A stretch of DNA of 64,000 nucleotides from Schmidtea polychroa (lineage: Eukaryota), in contig CM097885.1 of the NCBI GenBank assembly GCA_044892525.1, positions 22,940,001-23,004,000 on the forward strand, in the 5' to 3' direction. How positions within the stretch are numbered: the stretch's first letter is position 1; the number at the start of each line of letters is the position of its first letter. This document shows positions 51,401-63,700 of this stretch, piece after piece. The position numbers and the translations under genes are program-made. The notes below the pieces were generated by a model. It was given only the letters and a program-made list of their open reading frames with translations, had not been told where the DNA came from and made no database searches.

Positions 51401-54400
51401 CTATTTAGAGTTTCAAACAAATTTTCGTCATTAATTAACTTAATAGATTCAATAATAATCTTTATCACACGCAAGGTATTGGATTTCATGACATGAGCAT
51501 CTTTTCGAACATGTACTGAATCCTAAGTATCCAACCAGCTATCGTAGTCAGTCATCATTGCCAAAGATGCATAACATAAGTCTAATTCTTTGACAAGAGT
51601 CACTTCAGAAACTGTAGTCACATTGATAACAGAAGCTACCATTTGATTCCAAAACTTTGACTAAAATTTCAAAGAAAACTAGAAAATTAGATTTTAATTT
51701 TGTGTACCTTTTTAAAAATTTTTCTTTCGGAAATTTTGGGACTTTTTGAGTTTGGAAAATTTGGGAAATTTATTTTTGGGACATTTTGAATTTTGGGAAA
51801 ATTTTGAGTTGGGGAAATTTGTAAAAAATAATTTTGGGAAATTTTTGATTTTGGAAAATTTGGGGGAAATAAATTTGGGAAATTTTTGAGTTGGGAGAAT
51901 TTGGGGAAAATAATTTTGGGACTTTTTAAATTTGGGAAATTTTTGAGTTGGGCAAATTTGTAAAAAATAATTTTGGGACTTTTTAAATTTTGGGAAATTT
52001 TTGATTTGGGAAAATTTGAGGGAAATAAATTTGGGAAATTTTTGAGTTAGGAAAATTTGGGAAAAATAATTTTGGGAAATTTTTGAGTTGGGAAAATTTG
52101 GGGAAAATAAATTTGGGAAATTTATTTTGGGGATTTTGTGATTTGGAAATATTTTGTAAATATTCCTTGTGATTTTTTTTCCTAGTAATTTGTTGATTTT
52201 TTCCAAGTATTTTTATATAAAAATTTTCAAATTTATCCAGGCATTTTTATTTTTCAAAATTTTTTCTAAGTCAAGTGGTGTGGCCTTCACTTTAAAGTAC
52301 ATTATCAAAAATTATTCTATGTCAAGTGGTGTGACTTTCATTTTAAAGTACTTTCATATTTTTTAAAATATTTTTCCAAGTATTTTATTAAAGCTTTTGT
52401 TCATTGTCCCACCATATGTTGAAGAATATGATTTTATTTCTATAATATAAGATTTTCTATGTTTGATAATATATGAATGGTGTTAAATTATGGCATTTGA
52501 TGTTGAAGTTTGAGACTTTGGAGCTCATTTTCCATGGAAACTATGCATTTTTTCTATATATAGACTATATAATTTTATGTTTGTTATAAAATTCCGAGTT
52601 TAAAAAAAAATTTCTCCAGGGGGGGTAGTGGTCTGGATGGGACACTACCATCTACTATTACTAAATGTAAACACAGTTTGCTAAGCACCTTTGCAAAACT
52701 TTGCACTGATAATTCTATATTAATACATACAATCATTATTAGACCTTGTTGAACATTAAGAGAAAGTAATTTTACTTGAAAAACATTAATAAACATGCAT
52801 TTACATAGAAATATTGGTTTTGCATTAAATTATCAAGGGTAAGATTTTGAGTAACAAATGTAAAGCAGAAATATTATACATTATTAAGATATTTTTCTTT
52901 CTGGATTTGACAAATTTCCGATGGAGATACAAAACGTCCTGATCATTGAGTAGAATACATTAACAAAATTCTAAAATCCACAGCAATAAACAAAAGCAGT
53001 ATCCTATTAGGGGGGGGGTCGATAACTCATAGTGATTTGGAAACGCTCACAAGTTTTTCGAGGAATTTCTAAAGTAGTTTGAACTGTCTGAATGAGATAA
53101 GAAAAAGCCGTGGTTAACCGATCTTTATATTCTTGTAAAATAAAACTTTGAAAAATCTTAAAGCAACGGCTTAAACAAACATACATATATAGTATACCTT
53201 CCATGATAACTTGTAGTGAATTAAATATTTAACATAACTTTTCAAAAGTAATTTTACCCATTATCTCCATGCCATACGGAAAGGTTATAGTCAATAAATA
53301 TATAGATTTTGACAATCTCTATACTTCCACAAACGAAATGTTTCAAAGATCTCAAATAGTCTCTAACTCAAAATATACAATATTTTGCTATATTTGACCA
53401 TCTTTCAATAGAAATATAAAAATCTAGTTGTCAGCAAAAAGGTAGGTCTCATAAACCTCTATATTTTTTGAAAATTAATTTTTCAAAAATCTCAAAGAAA
53501 AAAAAAGAAAAAAATTTTAATCCTGGAAAAATTGAAATTTCCGGTCAAATGAATTTAAAATCTTTTAAAATGCGCAATGTTATAACAAATTTTATAATTC
53601 AGACTATAAAATTTCATTGAAGGGGTTTGATAATGGGAAGGAAGTTAGAAAGCTCACATCTAGCTACTGTCAACTGTAAAGTGAAACATTTCTTCCATTT
53701 TGATGAATTTAGAGCTACCAATTTAAATATAGTGTAACCAACCTTCAGTATTCGATATTTATTCAAACGATTTAATATTTAGTTTGTTTGCACATTCCAT
53801 TGGTGTTAATTTCATAAAAATAATCAAAGAAATCTTAGTTTGGCATCAGAAAAATGAAGTATCTCTAGATTAAAGTTTTTGTAAGCACATTTTGCACATT
53901 TGAATCAAAGTCTCAACCTGATATTATTTCAATTTCAAGACCTTCATTACTCATAATTTGAAGATGAGTTATCTTTTGACGATGAAAAGTATTTATTTGA
54001 TACTTGAAATGATATTAAATTAAAATAAATAAAATTAACCCATTTTCACTTTATTATATTTTGCTAGCAGCACTACTTTGACAGATTTAATATATATTTA
54101 TGAGATTAAATGTCAATTAGAAAGTGTACTCTAACGCGTCTGCATTAATTTTATTTCATTTTATTAATATTTGAATATCTTAATAACTAATTTGATCCTA
54201 AACGGCCGTGAGTCACCTGTGACTCGACAACAATATATACAATAAACAAAGATAGCGTCCGGTGTGATAAACCTTTAATAATTCAAAAATTCAAATATAC
54301 AAATATATTTTTCAATTAAAAAAAAACTCCAGTCAAACATTCTTTTCACGATATATTTCGACAGTTTTCTTGTCATCATCAGGTGGGATATAATAACTAT

Positions 54401-57400
54401 GTGAATTAAGGATTTTAAACAAATTTATTAATTTACATAGTTATTATATCCCACCTGATGATGACAGGAAATCGAAATATATCGTGAAAAAATGTTTGAT
54501 TGACGTTATCTTATAATTAAATCATTGCCGTGTTTGTTTAATTATTAATTTAAAAAGAGTTGCTTTATTTTCACTGTTATAAAAGTTGATAAAATTCAAT
54601 AAAATTAATTTTAATAATTTTGAAAATAGACAATTACTACACAACCTTTCTTTGGCTTTCAACTTGTTTGGGAAACAAGATTTTATCATCATTGCAAAAC
54701 TATTCTCCATTTTCAAATGTGATTTATTTAAGTCATTTAAAACTTTTCTCTCCTCTAACTTTATTGAAATTTATGAAATATTCCACTTCTTCCAGGGTTC
54801 AATCTATTTTTCGGTAATCACTATAAACCTGCATTTTCTATTTTTCTTCTTCAAATAAAGCATTGTATACTGCAATTATGAGATTATTTTAAGAATTCCA
54901 CAACACAAAAAAGGACGGGGAAAGCTATTCTCATTTCTTTATAACACAATTTAATATTTTTAATAGAAAATTTTACCAAATTTTCCTTACAAAACAGGAA
55001 GGAATAACGCCACTTCACATTTCTGCAGCCATTGGAGATTTCTATACTGCTCGAGAACTTCTAGCGCACGGAGCAAACAAAAATTTGCTGGATAAAGTAA
55101 TTTTTGTTTAATTTAAAATATTTATTACTTTATCATCATTTGATACGTTTCCCAAGTTTCTCACGTCATCAGTCCAGAGACTTTTGCAACCATTTTTACA
55201 TATCTGGGGTTCCAAGCATTTCTGATTCAACACAAGATTGAATCACAAGAACCGCAAATAATTTTTCATCTGTAAAGACAACAAATCTCAGTTCGTATTC
55301 GTATCAAGTCGTTCTTTGTACATTCTATTTAGTTGTCCTAGGTTTATATTTCAAATAAAATTTCCAATTTACTTCAATAAAAGATGAACAAATCTAAGTT
55401 GAGGTATTTTAAGATCCATAGCTCGACATTTTTTGTTATTTCGTATAGAAAATTAGTTTCCTCCATCCTAAGACAACTGAAATTGGCCGGGAAAATGAAG
55501 TATTTCCTATCAAGCAGTTGAGTATTATAAAATTTGAAGCCCTTTTTCTAAGAATTATAAGGCCCCTTAAAATTGCTTTCACATTATCATTTACAAATAA
55601 GCTTGCCAACTCTCCCGTTTTTGTTGAGAGTCTCCCGGAATCGGCTTTCGTCTCCCGTCTCCTAGTTAAATATGACCCGGGAGATGTAAATCTCCGTATT
55701 TCCGTTTTTACAATATTTTACAATTTTCCTAGAAAAAGTACAGTTTTTCAAGTTTTAATTTTTATTTGATTTCTCTAAAATCACCAAAGCTATTGGAGTC
55801 AGCCAGACGACAAGAAAAATACAATTTTAAAAACAAACAAAAATAGCAAGATTTGTAAACTGTACTATGTAATATGTAAAAATAATTGTTTTGTTTAAAT
55901 CTTTATGGTATTAGTCATCATATAGTTAAAATCACTAACATGTGTAAACCAAAAAAGTGAAAGAACACCTGTTATATTATTTCTTAAGCGTTATACTGTT
56001 CACAATTTTATAATCTCCCGGGTTCAAGGTTGTGGGAGTTGGCAACCTTATTTACAAAAATAAAAATCATTCAATTTATAAAACAAAAATTATATTTATG
56101 AAAATAAAAGAATATAACATTGTATTTATTAAATAACTTGACTATTAATCGGTAAATATATCGATGTGTTTTTATATCTTTACTGATTCATAGTCAAGCT
56201 TTTAATAAATACAATGTCAATTGAAAAGAAATCAGTGCTGAAAATTGATAAAAGTTCTTATAATAAAAGAATATAAATTTAATTAAAAATTAATTAAAAA
56301 AAATTTAATTCAATAAAAAATTATGAAAAAAAGTAAAAAATATTTGAAAATTTTGATTTGATTTTTAGATTTTATATACATACGTTCAACAAGTAGCCAG
56401 AATATGTGTTAAAGGAAACGAACAAAAACGGTATATTTTAACATAAGAACAATACGGTTATAAAGGGTTTATTTTTCAATCCCATTTTCACACTTTCTCC
56501 AGCGAATCAAAAGTTTCAAAAAGCATCTTTTATTTTTATTTATTTTATTCTGCTGGTACTCCTGTGCTAAACACAGTAAGCAAAATGGATAAGATGGTTC
56601 TTTTATCAAGTATTCAAATACAAAATAAGTCCAAAATAATAAAAAAATAAAAATCAGAAGACAAAGCTTTGCTCGGTATATAAATATTTGAATACTTTGC
56701 AGTGTATACTAATTCCATATTAAAACCAAATATCTTCATAAGGTTTTTGACTATAAAGCAATGTTTTTTTCGTTTAACATAAAATTTACACAGCATTTTT
56801 CAATTCAATAACACTTGTAACAAAGGCACTGTAGAAAATTCATGTTAAATCGAAAAAAAAGTAATGATTTCAATGAAGATAAATAAAATTCTAAATGAAA
56901 AACCACAGATCAAAGCTGAACAAGAAATAAATGATTTTATTAAAATGTAATATGAAAAAAGTAAAATTGTTATAAATTTATTTATATACTTCGATTGTTG
57001 TTTTAATGGTTGTGCAAATTGTCAAATTGTTACTTATCAAATTGTATTTGAATCTTATTTGTGAAAAATTACTGACTAGTTTGGCCATTTCTGCTACTTA
57101 TGAAAATTTTTAAATTTTTTTTGCAAATTTTATTATTCAAACATCTATTTAATTATAGACAGGCAGAACAGCTTTACACTATGCAGTATGTTCTAATATT
57201 GAGACTTGCATCATTCTTACAAGTGATGGGGACTATGATCTACAACTTCAAGATGAGGTGGGGCATCGTTTTAATTGTAAATGATAAATTACAGTTTCAC
57301 GATTAGAACGAAAAGTCACCACTCCAATACGGGAAAATGGAAAACATGCCATTTATTTTCGAGTATTTAGAAACATTAGATAAAAAGGTAATATTTATAT

Positions 57401-60400
57401 TTGAAGCAAACAAGTCTGACCACATACATTTAGACACATAACCTATGGATACCTCAGAATATTTGGCAATATGAATGTTATTCCATCATTCCAAGGTAAT
57501 AATTTTCTCAATTTTTATTTTAAAGTTTTGTCTATTAAAGAGAAATAAAAACTTAAAATATTACCAATCTGGAAAAACTTAAAAATTATTTATCAAATAA
57601 TTTGATAAATTTTTGTACACAAACCTCATTTTCCTGAAATATGTAAATAGTAGGCTCGCCCTTTTTTGATGCAGTTAAGGGGGGATCTACAGAAAATAAT
57701 GAAACAATTTTAACTATTTGAATTTAACAAGTAAAAATTAAGTGATTACACAATGAGTACACATTTTACATATTTTCAATTTATGCTATTTGGTTAAAAT
57801 ATAAAAATAAATATAATTTTGAATTAATTTTCTAGTAACAAGCGATTTTATTATTATTAATTTAGCTATTAACACATGTTAATATTCTAAGGTTTTTCTA
57901 TGATTTTTTTTGTATTTAATAATGTTTATATTTCTTTTAATAATATTAATTTTTCAATTAATAGTGTTTGTCATTTCATTTCATATACAATTAATTTATA
58001 ATTATAATACTAATGAATATTAAAATTATACTTATTAAATAATAATAAGTTGTTTTAATATTATTATTCTAAGTGAATCGAATTTAAACATGACTGAAAA
58101 TCTTATTACTGGTGATTACGCTCAATTCTAATTATGTAAAGTAATTATAATTTCATACTACTCCGTCTCATCTTCTGATAATTTTCATATAGCTTAAATT
58201 ACTTTCATTTCATTTTGTTGGAGTAATATATAAAGGGACAAAGTAAAACAGAAGTACATTAAAAATAAATAAAGACACCAAAATAAAAATTAATTAAAAA
58301 TTTATAAAAGTTAATATTAATCAGGGGAAATGCGTAAGATTGAACGCCAAATCACGAGACGAGTCCAAAGATAATAATACATATTTAGTGAAGGGTCCCT
58401 AGAGAAAGTTTTAACGAAATAACAAACTAATTAAAATTAATTAATCATCTCATGGAAAGCCTGAGGTAATGTAAAACCTGAATCATTGGGAAACCCGAAA
58501 TTTATAGAGAGCCGAGCAGTAAGGAAAGTAATATAACTGATTTTTAAATAAAGCCTTAATAGGTAAGCCGAATAATTACCTTTTTGAGGAAGAAATTAGA
58601 TCTGAATTTCGGGAATAATTGCCTAACAATAATTAAAATGTATTCGGGACTGAAATAAAGCTTGCCACCTGAAGGTCGAAGAGAAAAAAATGAAAAAAAA
58701 TATTTAAAGCGAATTAAAAATGAATCAAGCAGAACGAATTGAATGATACAAACTTTGAGTGTTAACAGTAAATTAACTTAATGTACCAGAAAAGGCGATC
58801 ATTCATTGAGCCATCTACCTTTACATTAATTAACTAAATTCTGACGAATTGTAAATTGGATTGAGAATCAATAAATTTTATTGTGTTTGGTCTTAGTTGT
58901 TTGATTTATAAAAGGGACTCGAGGAGTTAGAAACGAACCGGCTTTATTGATTGATAACCCAACACTTTGACAATATTTTCACAATTTTCTTTTATTAAAA
59001 TTAATTTCACGCTCACGTTTTATTTATTTGACCAATTTCGCGCATAGTCATCCAAAATATATTTCATTTTTAAACCGTGTAAACTATCTCTCAATTGTTC
59101 AACCAGTATTATTCTTTATCATAATATTGTTTATAACATCAAATAAATCCCAAATTTTCAAAATCTCTTTTATAATTTTGTGTAAGTTTAATTTTTCCGT
59201 TTTAATTTACATAAACGTTTTTCTTTTTTTTTAATTCAAAAAAAATTGTTTTCCTAATTATATAGTAATTATTATTTTATTTAATATTTTATTTACTTTA
59301 TTAATTTTTTCAACATTTAAAATCATCATACATTTTATTGTAAAATATCAGATTATAAAATGAACTGCTTATTTATAAAATCGATTAACTCCCCAAAAGA
59401 AAAAGTAGAGAAAATTGATATACACTGTTTTTAAAATTACTTTTAACATTTATATTCAAATATACATAATGTGGCACTTAGCCTATTTATCAAGGAAATT
59501 AATTTAAATATAAAAAGTTAAGTATCATTCAAGCGCTTCAGCATTTAAATTTAAAAACATTCAAAATTTGGGTTAATCATTTTGACCTCTGTCAATAGTT
59601 CAAATATCGATTCAAAATTATTAGGATTATTAGTTTTACATGACTATTTAAATTACTTTATTATTATTATTAAATTATTGATGGTTAATAATCTAATTTA
59701 GAAAGGACAATCTGGTTCAATGTGAATGTGGACAAAATGTTGCAGATCATTATTCAGTTTTCGAAAAATATGATTTCGTTGACACGGAAAATGTTGAAAA
59801 ACCTACCAATTTCTATGGTGAAATAGAATTTTCAGGTCTTTACAAAAGCAAACCAGTAAGATTTACATAGCAAAATTATGATACAAAAATTATGTAATAA
59901 AAAGCAAATAAAATAAAAATTATTAACAAAAATCACAATTAATGAATAAATATTATAATAATAATTGTAAAAATAGCTTTACAAACTCATATGTCGGAAA
60001 TAGTGCGTTTCTTATATAAGCAAAACTCAAAATTTTAGGACAGTTGATATAATTAATGTCATTATATATTAATACAATATTGTAATATAATCTAATATAA
60101 TATTAATATAATATTTATATGATGTCGTAATATATTAATATAATATCGTAAATATATAATATTAATGTAATATCGTTATATATAATATTAATATAATGTT
60201 ATAAGATATTGACACATTTAGCAAAATTATGATGCAAAAGTTATGTAAAAATTCCCAAAAGTTGAAATCAAACAACATTTCAATAAATTTTTAACAAATT
60301 TGTGTTTATTAATATTAATGAATTCCTCAGTCGATAGTGATCAGGAACTTGAGAATGGAGATGACGGACAGTCATTCCAATGTATGTGGCATTGCACCCA

Positions 60401-60671
60401 TGACATAAATATTCTTAAGCAAGATTTGAAATCCACTAATAAACACGAAGTTATAGAAACAGGAATTAGAAACCACCTTCTAACGTTGGATAGATAACTT
60501 CTTGTTCAAAATATTTACGCAAACTGTATAACATTCCAAATACAAAAATGTAAACCTAAACACAAAATTGTGTTTGCTGATATAACGCAAATCCTTCAGT
60601 CGACAGTTATTCAGAACTTGAGAACGGAGATGACGGGCAGTCATTCTAATGTATATGGCATTGCATCCATG

Positions 60672-60713
<42 letters not shown>

Positions 60714-63700
60714 GTTATTGATATTAGTTCCACCAAATAACATTACTGACATTGAAAGAGGTTCTCTAGTAATATTGATCACAAGTCCCCATAAAGACAA
60801 TTTATTTAATTAGACAGTCGTTAGAATACTTTGACCTAGTTCCAGTTGTAAAATATTTGGCCAAGGAAAAACATCAATTTGTCTTCAGCTGCACCAGATA
60901 TAACATATTTTCTATGTTAACAAGTAAATGTATTTATCAAAAATGGTAAAAATGGCCATATTGGATTATGCAATACTCTTTTTTGAAGTTTCAGTAAAAC
61001 GAAATTTTATAAATTTAGAAAATTAGTTTTAAGGTAATATATGAAAGATATAAAATATATATTATCCATCTATTAACTGAGATGGGATATTTTTATTATT
61101 TGCCCATTCACATATTTAGTTGTAGATTTAATGATGCTTGATTCAAACAATGGGTAATTGTTTACAAGCCATTATTTGTGTATGAACATTGTTTATATAG
61201 ATAATAAACGGAAATAAATACGACATACGGATGCATAATAAATTTTATTATTATACGAATTAGTTTTTATTTCAAAATTTACGATAAAAATAATTTTCTA
61301 TTTTCACAGTTTATTTATTTTTATATTATTTCTAGAAGGTTAAAATATGCATCTTTTAAAGGTTTTCTATAATATATATTTAATAAAACAAAAAAATATT
61401 TTTAATTTATAAAGTAACTACATTATTTGTTCAAATTAACAAAATATTGATTAAATTTCACTTTAATAAAACAAAAATCTATCACTTTAATGAAATAAAC
61501 AATTTAAGAAAATGGTGTTGATTTTAGTTTTAATAGATAATAATCAAAATCACTTGAAACAGGCAGTGCTGAATACTCGTGAATATAAAAAAACATCGAT
61601 ATGTTTAATGGATCATAGTCAAAAATTTTCTTATAATCCAATGTTAATAGATATTGTTTAAATATCTGAAATTTCATAATTCAAAATATTTTGAATTTGC
61701 ATTATAGAAATTATTTTTGAGCATTAATTTACTTAAAGAACTACATTAATTTAAATTAAAAAATACATTAATCAATTTAAGAAAACACATTTGACAAAAA
61801 AAGACCATTATTTAATATTATTTTGAAATTAAAAAAAATCACAGATCATTATTTATAAAATTACCCTTGTCTTAGTAAAGCTTTTTTAGCTTTCGAAGAT
61901 CTTCCTCTCTTGCGCTTGGTTCCAATATCGACATTTTTTGCCTCTGGTGGTGGTTTGAAATACTTTAATCTGATCGCCGTACCAACCACATGTTTTCAAA
62001 TTTAGTGCTTTAGAAATGTATATATCGATACATGAATTCATGATCAAAGTTCTCCAAGAAGCTCATAAATATCCAACTTCAGCATTCACTCCCGAAGAAC
62101 ACTACAATCTTCTCAGTTGTGATACTATAGTTGCTGGTATATAATCTAATGAAATCCAGCCGCGACTTCTAGAATTAGGAGATAACACCTTCCACTTTAC
62201 ATAAAAGATCGGCTCTTCTGAGGAATTGTCAATGAAAGATTCAACAACAAAGCACTAATTGCAAAATCACTCAATCTATGACAAGCCACGAACTTCAATA
62301 TTTAAAACTAGGTGAATTATGTGCGGTAAGCATAAGGCATCAAACTACCCAGCAAAGGATTCTACACATAAAAATGCGGAAAAAGCAGACATTGATATTA
62401 AATTGCTTATCAAAGAAAATCGTTTTAACTCGAAGAACGGACACTCATACAATTATATCAGAGAACTTTATTAAACTTGAACCAATAGAAGCTGAAAACT
62501 CAATAATCGAAGCTTTTCTAGAAGGTCACACAGTCAAAGCTCTGATAGATACGGAGTTAGACTAATAGTTTGTATCAAAAAAATTTTTAAAAATGCACAT
62601 CCTAGAGTTTAATCATTTAGTAGTCGAATCAATACTATTTACTAACAATTCAAAACCCCTAACTTCAGGATCTTATAAGAGGACAATTCGCTTACAAGAT
62701 ATTGCTTACAGCCGCTCACTCCAAATATCCAAAAACCTTATTAAACAACTATTATTCGGAATGGACTTACTCAAGCGACAATCTATTTAGAATTTGGAGG
62801 CAAAGCACAGCCAATCACTCTTTTATTCGCTTCAAAAACAATGGAATTAAAACCGATTGTGATGCTTATTTGTCTCTCATTAACAAACAACGTCCTGATT
62901 TATCAAGAAATTAACAACCTATTAAAAACTACATAATACAAGAAAATCGCAGCCCTTGGGGAGCTCAGTGTTTTTTAATAAATAGAAACTTTAAACAACG
63001 TCGAGTGATTAACTGTTTGACTAAAGTTTTCAAAGGTTTTAAATAAAATTTCCCTTTCTTATCTTCAAGCAGCCTGTGAATCTGTGGGTTAGTATATTAC
63101 ATATAATATCTTGCATTTAACTAGTCTAACACATAACATAAGCTTTATCAGTAATTATTGGTTATGCTTAAGAATTTATTGATCTATTATCATTTTACAT
63201 AAAATAAAGAAAAGTAATTAATTTCTAATTGAATTAAGATTTCATATAACATATATAAATATATATACTATGAATCAATAAAGATATTGATGTTTTTTCT
63301 ATATTCACAAATTTTCGGCATTTGTATCAAAATCACTTGAAAAACGCAGTGCCAAAAATTCGTGAATATCAAAATAAGCATCGATATCTTTNNNNNNNNN
63401 NNNNNNNNNNNNNNNNNNNNNNNNNNNNNNNNNNNNNNNNNNNNNNNNNNNNNNNNNNNNNNNNNNNNNNNNNNNNNNNNNNNNNNNNNNNNNNNNNNNN
63501 NNNNNNNNNNNNNNNNNNNNNNNNNNNNNNNNNNNNNNNNNNNNNNNNNNNNNNNNNNNNNNNNNNNNNNNNNNNNCAATAAATACTAAATTTGAAACAA
63601 CCGTCTCACTGTTGATAGACCAGTGGAAAATTGTAAAGCCTAGCCTGATAATAAGCATTTATGGCAGTGACTTTGAGGGTCATGCGATTAAAGATATTTT

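Noticed and set aside
51712-52206. 164-aa ORF (K/F/N/P-rich), and the [12 protein letters not shown] ORFs at 35324-35536 and 50839-51132
   Set aside because: Translations of tandem repeats or of the foldback termini; low complexity.
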